A stretch of 64,000 nt of DNA from Piromyces finnis finn (lineage: Eukaryota > Fungi > Neocallimastigomycota). Under the pieces are notes generated by a model. It saw only the letters and a program-made list of their open reading frames with translations, was not told the origin of the DNA and made no database searches. The stretch lies in NCBI GenBank assembly GCA_002104945.1, contig MCFH01000030.1, positions 496,001-560,000 of the forward strand. Direction: 5' to 3'. Position numbers and translations under genes: made by a program. Shown in pieces: positions 1-11,143 of this stretch (its first letter is position 1; every line of letters begins with the position of its first letter).

Positions 1-494
1 TAGCTCCAATGGTGGTTCTTAGAGAAACGTTGGCTCATTCCTATTGCTAGGTGGTTGTGACCCTCCTGGTCTGTCATACTGTTTCTTCAGCTTCGACGCT
101 CACTTAATCCATGTACATTAGATGCATGTCGTTGTACGATATTTCACAACTACAATGCTAAGCCTCTTATAGTCAATTTGATCACGTGTCAACCGCCCCC
201 TAATGTTTACACTTAAATTGATTAAGGAATATTATGTGTTTTTGGCATAGCCTAAGTCACCACTTATTAAGTTCTAATTTGGAATGTACCATGTACACTA
301 GACCCTCTCAGGCCGGCTAGACGAGTGTTATTATCATAGTAGTAAATTAGAAAGTTCATTTATACTTACCTGAATATCATAACCCAACCCATGGCAAACC
401 CAGTGGGAAAATCCACAGGCACTGACATCTGCGGGGTCGAACCAGAAGCCTTATGTATGCTAAGGAAACGCCTTAACAACCAGGATAAAAACTG
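1..494 (-). mobile_element. Candidate tRNA-Ala-derived SINE (degenerate tRNA head at about 494-422, LINE-like 3' tail at 101-61, runs off the window start)
   Basis: The minus strand has TTAGCAT (463-457) and GGTTCGA (443-437) 13 nt apart, the same spacing as anticodon loop to T-arm in yeast tRNA-Ala(AGC), but the anticodon stem is broken. Positions 61-101 match the LINE C-terminal coding region at 16674-16714 at 37/41 nt, with an AGA-to-TGA stop. Confidence 0.45.
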
Positions 495-1244
495 GAACGA
501 CAATTATAGCAAATAATTAATAATTATAGCTCAATTCTAGCAGGGAAGTTTCTGATATGAAATTAATATGTCTAGCTACATATTAGCCAATATTTAAAAT
601 AATTTTTATTATTTAAAATATTCAATTTCATCTTTAAAAATTTATATATAATATTTCATAATAATAATATAATAATTGATATATATTATAATACATTATT
701 TATATATTAGTTATAGAATTCATGTACATATTTCATTATATTCTTAAATATTAATATTATATATTAGTATTAATTTTATTGTAATACTTATTTGTATTAC
801 ATTACCTTTCCTTATATAGTAATATTTCATATAAAATGTAAAATATATTATACTATATCCTATTTAATTATTATTCATATATTATGAATACATTACATTA
901 TATAATTGATATTCAATTATATTATAGGAATTTTATAATATAAAAATATTCATGTAAAAATAATTAATAATTAGAAAAAGAGAAGAGCTTTAATAATTAA
1001 TAAGAAAATATTATAAGTGAAATTATTAATAAGAGAGAAGTTAATAGTAATAAAATATTTTTCACCTAATATAATAAATTATAAATAAACTAATATTAAA
1101 TTACTACAACATAAAAGAAACTTATATCATTTTTATGGTCACATGACCTTACATCTCATTATATAACTGTAATATTTACAATGTAACTTTTTCTCTTTGT
1201 TAACCTTATTAATAAAATTATTTATTAATTAAATTTATTTCACA

Positions 1245-1320
<76 letters not shown>
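1245..1320. repeat. (ATT)n microsatellite, about 25 copies
   Basis: Direct reading of the sequence. Confidence 0.95.
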
Positions 1321-1321
<1 letters not shown>

Positions 1322-2850
1322 AAATGTCCTTGCTACTATTGTTTATTTTTTAATGGGATATATTAATAATAAAAAATTTTTTATTAGAATTTAATCAGAT
1401 AGGATCAAAAAAGCCACTTTTTTTTACATAAATTAAATTGAAATAAAAATAAGAAATCCCTTTCATAATGCTATTATTATTACTAATGTTATTACTAATA
1501 TTGTTATGATTTAAAATAAAAAAAAAAGTATTATAATAAAAGAAAATAAAATACTATTCATTATTATTAATATTTTGCTGCAGTTGTTGTTGGTAGTTGA
1601 TTTGCCTCTTTACCTTTTTTTTTTAATATAAAAAAAAATGCACCTTTATAGGATGATAAACAATGTGTAAACAATAATTAAATTAAAAATTAAATTAAAT
1701 TATCTATCGTGTAACATTATATCTTTTACAAATATTTCATTTAATTAATTATTATGTAAAAAGGAAATTGTATCACTATTTTTATGTAATTTTTATGTAA
1801 TAGTAATAGGTATATTAAAAAAAAAAAGACACAAGTTTAGGAAGAAGAAGACTGTGTAAGATCTAAAACTATGAAATATAACTAATAAGAATAGTTATTT
1901 AATAAAATAAAATCTTTTTTATTTAAAAAATAAAAGAAAAGTAGTACAATACTATTTATTTAAATAGGTTTAAGAATTATTATTATAACATTATTTTCTA
2001 TAGTTTTATTTTTATTAATCATTTAACCATTATTTTAAATTTTATATAATTAAAGAAAAGGTAAAAATTAATAAATAATGTTGTTGATATAATCTCCCTT
2101 TAAAATTATTCCATTCTATTATTTTAGTATTATTTCTCATTACGACTTTTTTCAGTATCTTTTTAAAAAGTAAAAGATTGGTTTTTTTGACAAAGAAACA
2201 TCGTTAAAAAAAAAAATTGATATTCTATAAAATTAAAGTAAAAAATAATGAATTTTTCTAAAGATAATTCATTTAGTCTTATCATCTTTTATTATCCTGA
2301 ATAAACTTTATTTTTAATTGAAAAATATAAAGTTTTTTCTATATTTATTTTTTATCCCAAAAAAAAAAAAAAAAAAATAGTACATTAGATTATATTTTAT
2401 AATTAAATTCTATATTTTATATCATAATATTATTTTACAATTTACAATTTTATAGAATAATATCTTTTAAATTTTTACATTCCATTATTACCAAGTTTTC
2501 TCTACACTAATAATTACTTGAATCTTTTTAATATAATTTGATGGATATTTCTACAGAGCTAATGCTCTATTGTAAAACAAAAAAAAAAAAAAAGAATAAA
2601 TTATTCATATTATTAAAAATAAAAAGGATATAAAGGAAAAGAAAACCAATTATAATAAATTCTTATAACTTATTTTTATGGTTTAAAAAAAAAATTGGAA
2701 ATTTATCCCTTTTATTATTAATATAATTTTTTTTTAAATAATTTCAATAAATTTTATTATTTAGAATAAAATCTATTCATATTATCCATTAATTTATATT
2801 AATTAAACATTAAAAAGTTTGACTATGGAATGATTTTTTTTATCTTTTAT

Positions 2851-3248
2851 TTTTATATTTTTTTTTTTTTTTAACAGCATCAAAATGTTAAAAATAAAAA
2901 AAAATAAAAATTATAAAAATAGGTTTAAATCAACACAAATGAATGAAAATTGGGTATAATATATTCAAGTCATTTTAATTAAAGTAAGAAAACCACTATT
3001 ATACTAAAGTATGATAATTATATTCGATTTCCAATGGGACATCGAGTCAAAGATCAAAAATCTGTCATAGAACAAAATTTTGATCTCTATTGGTTGCGCT
3101 GGCCCTCCTAACCTGTCTTGCTGTTTCTTCAGTACTGATGCTCTTGGATGTTGCTTCAAACCTTTTGAACATTGACCATTTCTGACCAATAGCAAAAGGC
3201 ATGATTTTGGTTAGAAGTTCCGCTATTACCGTCAAACTTTTATATTTT
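2851..3248 (-). mobile_element. 5'-truncated LINE 3' end (about 375 bp) with poly(A) tail and candidate 11-bp TSD
   Basis: Clearly homologous to the 3' end of the RT-bearing copy at 16336-16806. Poly(T) on the + strand at about 2858-2872. TTTTATATTTT occurs on both sides (2851-2861 and 3238-3248). Confidence 0.9.
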
Positions 3249-4108
3249 CCTTTATTCTTTTTCTTATTAATTCACTCACAACAGCAACTAAAAATAAAAT
3301 TGTTTGTGATATTATACTTAATGGGATAAAAATCCATCCTTATGACTATCTTTATAAAGATCTTTCATTTTAATAAAATTTATCCAATTTTTAAAAAATT
3401 TTAAATTTATTTTAATGGGTGAAAAAAAAAAAAGTATAAATAGTATAAATGTTATTAAATAAAAAAAGTTTGTTTAAAATATACTTTTTTTTTTTTTTCT
3501 TGTTCTATAATATAAATATTTATTGTTTTTTTTTTTATCTTTTCTTTTTTTAAAAAAAGGGTTAATTTATTTTGGTAAATCCTTTCCAAAAAAAAAAAAA
3601 ACTTTTTTTTTTTACATTTTTTTTTTCTATATATAAATAAATTATTTTATTTGATATTTGATATCTAAATATAATTTTAATTATTGTTGATTTCTAATAA
3701 ATTATTGAATTTTTATATATTTGAATTGGAATTAATTAATTTTCAATAATATTAATTATATAAAAATAAAATACTATTTATTATATTAATAAATATATAT
3801 TTTTCTTTTTTTTTTTTGGCTATTAATAAATTTCATTACTAATATCTATAGTGGTGATATATAAATAATTATTTTATTAATATTAATAAAATTATTATTA
3901 ATCTATGTATAATAGAAATATACAATAATACGTATTATTATTATATATTTATAAAGTAAAAAAGATTTTTATGAAACAAGAAATAATTATAATATATATA
4001 TTATATTTATTTCTTGTATAAATTTTTAAAAAGCTCCACCAAAAGATAAAAATTTTTTTATATTCTTATTGTTTGGTTGGTTGGCTGCTTGTTTGTTTAT
4101 TTTTTCTA

Positions 4109-5443
4109 TTAATAATTATAATAATCATATCCTTTCATATTTGGGTTATTTTTTGAATTATTATTATTATTATTATTATTATAATTTTTATTGATTAAAT
4201 ATCTGTCATCATCATCTATTGAGATATCTTCAAGTCCATTATTATTAGTATTATTATTACTATACTTGAGTTTTTGTCTGTAATAATTACTATCGAGAGC
4301 GATCACATTATGTTGTGGTTTATTTCTTTGATTATCTTGAGTACTGGCAAAAGAAGTAGGAGTTGTATTTCTATATATTTCTGGAACACCTGGTACAGGA
4401 TAATTTGCAGAAGCAAAAGCATTAGCAGCTGAAAATCCTGTGGATGGATAAGTAGCAGCAATTCCTGGAGAGGAATAAGCACCTGAAGTTGGATAACCAC
4501 TTGAGGTTGGGAAACCACTATTAACAGAAGAACTTGATCCTGTTAATGTATTAATATGTAAATTTGAACTTGACTTATTTTTAGAAGAAGTGATATCATA
4601 ATTATTATTCTTTGCACGATTGGCATAGCTCTTTAATAAAATTTGATCGATATACATTAATGTATAATTAATGTTAAGTACAGATTGACGTATTTTATCC
4701 ATATTAGCATCTTCAATTTGAGTTCCTTTTTTGGTAAAGTTGATAAGGAAAACAATGTAGGCGAGTAAGACAGGGAAATAGAGTACAGTAGCAATCATGG
4801 AGACAACAATACGGTATTCTGAAATTTTTATAAATCTATCGACAAAGGAACCCTTTCCAAAAGTACTATCATGAAGTCTTTGGAATAAATTTTTCTTTAA
4901 ACAAAGAATAACCGATAAATCATAGGAAAAACAAAATACTTGAATAGCCATAACGATATACCACCATCTTAAACTGTATTGGGTAATAGATGGTACTGTA
5001 TAATCCTTTTCAAGTTTTTCTTCGTAAAAGTAATTATATATACTATATAATTTAACAATATTAAAACCAATACAAATAACTAAAACTAATCTCAAATTTT
5101 TCTTTTCATTAAGAAGAGCTCTAGTTCTAATATAGGGATACCAATCCCCTACCATTTCACCAAGCATCCAAAATATAGTAGCATATCCAATACCATAATG
5201 TAATTTTACTGTAAAATCTTGTATAGTCTCTACTTCCAATACTTTAGTAATAGCATCACCTATGGATCTTAACACCCAATGAATAATTAAAACTAACATA
5301 ACAGGTCTTTTCCAATTTTTACCATTCATTAAAAGTACTAACAAAACCCATAAAAAGAAAGGACTTTCGATTAATGAAAATGCCATTTTTTGAACGACAT
5401 CATAAAAGCTATACTCTATACGAAATGATTTTATTTCCAACAT
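4109..5443 (-). CDS. Intronless 7-transmembrane GPCR-like protein (444 aa), paralogue 1
   Basis: Seven hydrophobic segments counted by eye, GDWYPxxR at the end of TM3, and a Ser/Asn-rich cytosolic tail. Alignable with 7936-9192 (WKRPVMLxLIxHWVLRSxGDA, ISExRIVxSMxAT, NYxLMYIDQILLK). Confidence 0.8.
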   Translation of the reverse strand: MLEIKSFRIEYSFYDVVQKMAFSLIESPFFLWVLLVLLMNGKNWKRPVMLVLIIHWVLRSIGDAITKVLEVETIQDFTVKLHYGIGYATIFWMLGEMVGDWYPYIRTRALLNEKKNLRLVLVICIGFNIVKLYSIYNYFYEEKLEKDYTVPSITQYSLRWWYIVMAIQVFCFSYDLSVILCLKKNLFQRLHDSTFGKGSFVDRFIKISEYRIVVSMIATVLYFPVLLAYIVFLINFTKKGTQIEDANMDKIRQSVLNINYTLMYIDQILLKSYANRAKNNNYDITSSKNKSSSNLHINTLTGSSSSVNSGFPTSSGYPTSGAYSSPGIAATYPSTGFSAANAFASANYPVPGVPEIYRNTTPTSFASTQDNQRNKPQHNVIALDSNYYRQKLKYSNNNTNNNGLEDISIDDDDRYLINKNYNNNNNNNNSKNNPNMKGYDYYNY

Positions 5444-7935
5444 TTTAATTTTTTATTATTATTATTATATATCTACAGTTATTTCTGTTGTTATTGTTGT
5501 TGTTGTTTTTAATTTATTCTATTATTATTTTTTGGAAAGGTGAAAGTTTTTTTTTTACCTTTAATAAGATAGTGTTTTATTTTTTAATAAATTAAATAGG
5601 TTATATACTACTTATGGTATAATATAATATTATAATATTATTATTATTTTATTATTGAAAAAACATTGACTTTAATTTTTATATTATTTATAAGGAAGTT
5701 AATGTTTCTATCAAAAAGGGTAAAAGTTTTAAACGAAAAAAAAAAAAAAAAAAAGAAAAATATGGATATATTTATATTTAGAATTTTAATACATTTTTTT
5801 TACTCATCCATACGACGAATTTATTTCTTTTTTGGCTAGAAAAAAAAAAGGTTTTTTTGGAAATGATGGTGTAGATTTATCACAATATATTATATATTAT
5901 AAATATATTGTGATACTATTTAATAAATTTCATTAATAGATTTTGGTTAATTTGATTAAATTTCTTTTTTTAATTTAATTTAATTATTGCCATTTAATAT
6001 ATTTAATATATTTGTTTAATTTAATAATATATTAATTATTACTAAAGAAATTTAATACACATGTTAAACTTTAAAATATAATAAAAAGGGATTTAAATCT
6101 TTTATAAAAATCAAAAAAAAAAAAAAATTGAAACTCTAATATATAATAAAATAGAATAAAATACTTTAATAGAAATATAATAAAACAAATATATAATAAA
6201 TTAATTAAATAGAATAGAAATAGAAATAATTATATTTATTATTTATATACATTATAAAATAGAATAATGCATGGTTCATATATTAATATATAAAAATGTA
6301 TATAAATAGAAATTTATTATGAAAAAAAATTTAAAAAAGGTAAATGTGGCATTTTTAATGATGATGAATTTTATAACACCAGTTTTAAGTTGTTTTTTTT
6401 TTAAAAAAATAATAATTATAAGAAAGACACTTTTTTCTTTGTAATTTTAATGTAGTTTAGTAATAATTATATCATATTCTATTTTATTTGTCATTCTTTT
6501 ATTATTCTATTGTTGTTATGGTTGATTGTTTATTTTTTTTGTTAATAAACTTATATTGTTTGATTTTGTTTTGTTTTGATTTTTCCTAATTAATTACAAT
6601 TTGTTTTTTTTTTTATTTATTGATATAAACTCCCTTTATTTTCTAATATCATTCTTGTATTACAATAAATATTTTATTTGATACAATAGCCATGATACAA
6701 TAGATAGTATATTATTATATATTATATTGAACATTAGATAATATATATAATATATTATGATGACAAATAAAAATATTTTAAATTATTTTTCCCAAATAAT
6801 AGTTCTATTTAAATTGTAGTTATTTAAAATAATATATTAATAATATAATATTTCTATACAATATAATATAAATAGTATATCATCTAGACTGTAAGTAATA
6901 TATAGATAGAATTAATTATTTTAACAATTTAGTTTTTTTTTAATAAATGTATTACCGTTACACAATAAAATTAGGGGAAATTAAGGTTTATATTGCAATT
7001 TTTTTTTAATTAAACTCCTAAAAAAAGTCTTTTTTATTAATACAAAAAAGGAAAATAGATTAGAAAATTCTACTTGTATTAATATAAGAACGAATTTAAA
7101 AGTACAATCCAATTTCTGTGAAATTATGAGGTAGATTATGACATAAATTAAAAGGGATACAAAATAGTGTAGAATAAAAAATAAAAAATAATAAATCAAT
7201 TCGATATAGAACTCTTTTTTATTATAAAATAATTTATTTTTTTCTTTTTATCATAATGACAGATTATATTCCTTTTTCTTTTTTACCCTATTATCCCTAT
7301 TACTAATATTCTATAATAAGGAAAAAAGAAAATGATGTCAAAAGCTTTTTATTTGTTTATCTTTTAAAAGTTTTATTGTTATTATTAAATTTAAAATTGT
7401 TGAATATATTGTGGCTTGTTTTTCTTTTATTACAATATTATTGATTCGAAACAATTTGTGTATTTAGATTTTTGTATTTTTATATTAATAATTATTATAT
7501 ATAATGATTTATATATTTATATATTCCTAATATTATATACAATATATATATCATTTAAAATATTTATACTTTCATAGTAATAATACTAATATTACTAGAT
7601 ATCTATAATATTTATAATATTTATTTATAGTGGTTTATAATATTTATAATATTATGACCTATATATTATATATATTATTTATATTATATATAGGTTAATT
7701 ATATTTATGATATTATTTATGGAGGTAGATTTAATATTTATAATTATCATTATGTTTGTAATATTTATAATTATAATATTTTAAATATTTCTATTATTAT
7801 CTATGAGGTATATATTATTATATTTTTGTTTTTTATTTTATTTAAAAAAAAAAAAGTTTAATATTTAAATTTTAGTTGAAGGATGATCAATACAATCAAA
7901 ATAGACAACTTTTGATTGTTAGTAATAATAAGGAT

Positions 7936-9192
7936 TTACATATTATAGTAACGATCAAAGGGTTGTATATTTGTCATTAAACTTTTTATATCTACTTGGT
8001 AGCCCGTATCTTTTATTTTAGGGGTATTATCTTGTTTTTGAGTGTAATCCGCTGAAATTCCCTTAGAATAATTTGATTTGGATTGAGCATAATAATTTTC
8101 AATATTAATAATATTATCTTGAGGTTCATGAAGCGTATGGTATTTATGGGTTAATTCATAATATTTTTTGTTTTCTGGCGATATTTTCAATGAAGGTTCC
8201 GGATAGTCTGAAAAGGAAGGTATTGATTTGGAATATATTTTTGAGGAAGAGGTTTCATAACTTGGATTGTTATTATCATTATTATTAGTGGTATTACGTT
8301 TAACATAACATTTTAATAAAATTTGATCAATATACATTAAAGAATAGTTTACACCAATCACCACTTTACGAATAGATTCCATTGAATCATCATCAAATGG
8401 AATAGAATGTTTACCATCAAGAGAGTATTTAAGAACAAAGATGATATACAATAATATAACGGGTAAAAAGATCATGGTCGCTAACATGGAAATGACAATA
8501 CGAAATTCTGATATTCTTTTAAAGCGTTCAACGAAAGAATTTTTTCCCAGGGAGAAATCGTGAAGTTGATTAAATAAATTTTGTTTTAAACAAATAATAA
8601 TGGATAAATCATAGAAAAAACTAGAAATTTGAGTAATAGTAATGAGTATCCACCAACTTAACCCAAATTTTGTCATACTTTGACTTCCACTATCTCCGTC
8701 ATTTTGATAATCATGACTTTTAGTAATATTGAAAAACTGATAAAAGAAATGGAAAACACTAAATACCTTGATAATATTATAGACGGCACAAGTAAGATAG
8801 ACCATTCTAATTTTCTTTTCATTGTTGATAATAGCTTTTGTTCTCAGAAGAGGATACCAATCTCCAATAATTTCACCAATAATCCAAAAAATATTAGCAA
8901 TACCAATTCCTACAAACCAATTTTGTTTATTATCACTAGTCATGGTATTCATATTGGAAGGGTAATATTCCATGGTAGTGGTGAGCGCATCCCCCGTGGA
9001 TCGTAAAACCCAATGAACAATTAATAATAACATCACTGGTCTTTTCCAGTTTTTTTTATTCATAATAAGAATTAAAAAAACCCATAAAAAATAAGGACTA
9101 GTGATGTAGGAATGAATGACTTTTTGAGTGGTATTACATTTAATACCACTAGGAAGTGTTCCATACTCAGTAAAAGATATGATTTGTTCCAT
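7936..9192 (-). CDS. Intronless 7-transmembrane GPCR-like protein (418 aa), paralogue 2
   Basis: Same motifs and topology as 4109-5443; tandem and on the same strand. Confidence 0.8.
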   Translation of the reverse strand: MEQIISFTEYGTLPSGIKCNTTQKVIHSYITSPYFLWVFLILIMNKKNWKRPVMLLLIVHWVLRSTGDALTTTMEYYPSNMNTMTSDNKQNWFVGIGIANIFWIIGEIIGDWYPLLRTKAIINNEKKIRMVYLTCAVYNIIKVFSVFHFFYQFFNITKSHDYQNDGDSGSQSMTKFGLSWWILITITQISSFFYDLSIIICLKQNLFNQLHDFSLGKNSFVERFKRISEFRIVISMLATMIFLPVILLYIIFVLKYSLDGKHSIPFDDDSMESIRKVVIGVNYSLMYIDQILLKCYVKRNTTNNNDNNNPSYETSSSKIYSKSIPSFSDYPEPSLKISPENKKYYELTHKYHTLHEPQDNIINIENYYAQSKSNYSKGISADYTQKQDNTPKIKDTGYQVDIKSLMTNIQPFDRYYNM

Positions 9193-10118
9193 TTTTATTT
9201 TTTTAAAAAAAAAATAAAGGATATAAATTAAATAGTAATAGTAATATATCTATTTAAAATAAGAGTAGGAATAAAAAAAAAACTTTTTTAAAATATAGCG
9301 TAAGAATAATTTTTTATTCTTTTAATATTAATATACATGTAGGATGAATAACTTTTAAAGTTATTTTATAGATTAATAAGTATATATTATTAAATAATTT
9401 TTTTTTACTATATTTTAATAATAATTAAAATAGAGAGTAAAATAAAAAAATTATCATAGTATGAAATAATTCAATAAAATTATTTGAATAAATAGTTTGA
9501 TTAAGAAAAGAAAAAAAAAAAGGTGCAAAAGATGGATTTATAAACTCTTTAAATATTTATTGTTTCAGGAATAATATTATTATCTATTATTTTATTAGAA
9601 TAATAATACTATTTCCTTTTATTATGTTTAATATTATTATCTATTTTTTTATATTGAAAAAGGGAAAAAAAACAATTACTATTCTTTCCTATGAAGCTGT
9701 TCTACTAATTAAAATATTAAAATAATATTTAATTAGTTTATTAATTAGTTTATACCAGGATTAATTTACAAACTATAACTATTATGATTAGCTATGTCAA
9801 ACTTTGTTTAATGAATAAATATTAATATTTTAAAAAATTTTTTTTATTAATCTATATATATAATTTTATATTTTTTATGGTATTATTCCAAACATAATAT
9901 TAAAATACTAAATAATAATAATTAAAAATTAAAATGAAATATTAAAAAATCATTTTGTACCAAATTTTATTAGGATAGTACAAGCATATGAAAAAAAAAA
10001 TTTTTTTTTATTTAATCATTCCAAATTTTTATATTCATTAAAAAAGTTACCATTGCTGTTACTTGTTACTGGGCAAAAGTAAAAACGATACTTGTTTATA
10101 TAAAAAAATAGATATTTT

Positions 10119-10256
10119 CAAAGTCATTCATATTAATTTTTTTTCGTTGCTTTTCCTTCATAATATTAATTCTTTCTTTTTTATCAAACACTCAAAGTCA
10201 TTCGTATTGCTTTTTTTTTTCGTTGCTTTTCCTTCATAATATTAATTATCAAACAC
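10119..10256. repeat. Imperfect tandem duplication of a unit of about 70 bp
   Basis: CAAAGTCATTC...TTCGTTGCTTTTCCTTCATAATATTAATT...ATCAAACAC occurs twice in succession. Confidence 0.85.
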
Positions 10257-11099
10257 AACTAAATTTATATTTAATCTATTTCTATAATTTTTTCCCATTT
10301 TCATTATATATATTACACACACCTTCATTTAAATAAAAAGTTTAAATTTTACTTTTTATTATTCTCAGTAAATTATAATAAAAAAAATGGGAATAGTAAT
10401 AATAATTAGTATTATTATTATTAATTAAATAATAATTAATAATTAGTGTATGGCATTTAGTGTTATTAATAATTAATACTTTTCTTTTTTAAATGATAAA
10501 TTCACATGACTTTAAAAGAAATAAAAAATTTTAATTATCAAATAAATAAATACTTTAAAAAAAAAAAAAGGAAAATAATTGAATTCATTAAAAATCTTAC
10601 TACGCTTTACCATTATCATCTTTTTAAAATCAAATCAATATTAAAAAAAAAGGAACATCAACAAATAGTTCATTGTTTATTATCAACAATAAACATCTCT
10701 TTTAGTTTCTCATTAAAGCTTAAATGATTTATGGTTTATTCCTCATAATCCCAATTTTAAAAATAGAAATTAAAAATTTAACCAATAAAAAATTAAAATA
10801 ATATATTATGAATAGTAAAATAACATATGGAAAAGATTTTTAAAAGTAACGATAATGCTAATGATAGTTAAAAATTGAAACAAAAGAAACAATATTGAAA
10901 AAACTTAAGGTATATCTTTTCACAAGTAATGGTAATGGTAATGATAGTTAAAATATGAAGGTCTACTTTTCTTTTAATTACATTATAATTAATTCATTAA
11001 ATTATTTTTTATTATCCCATTAATTAATCAAGAGTTTCATATTGAATAAGAGAAAGGATACAACTTTAACAGAAACTTTTAATTATTTATTAAATATTA

Positions 11100-11143
<44 letters not shown>

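Noticed and set aside
362-372. ATACTTACCTG, identical to the U1 snRNA 5' end
   Set aside because: The downstream sequence lacks recognisable U1 stem-loops and an Sm site. The 11-mer is equally the reverse complement of a consensus 5' splice site (CAGGTAAGTAT).
422-494. Functional tRNA-Ala gene
   Set aside because: The anticodon stem does not pair and the acceptor stem and A-box are poor; treated as a decayed tRNA-derived head instead.
8680-9006. 108-aa plus-strand ORF
   Set aside because: Antisense shadow of the 7TM gene; the same applies to 17846-18046, 19670-19933 and 56864-57112.
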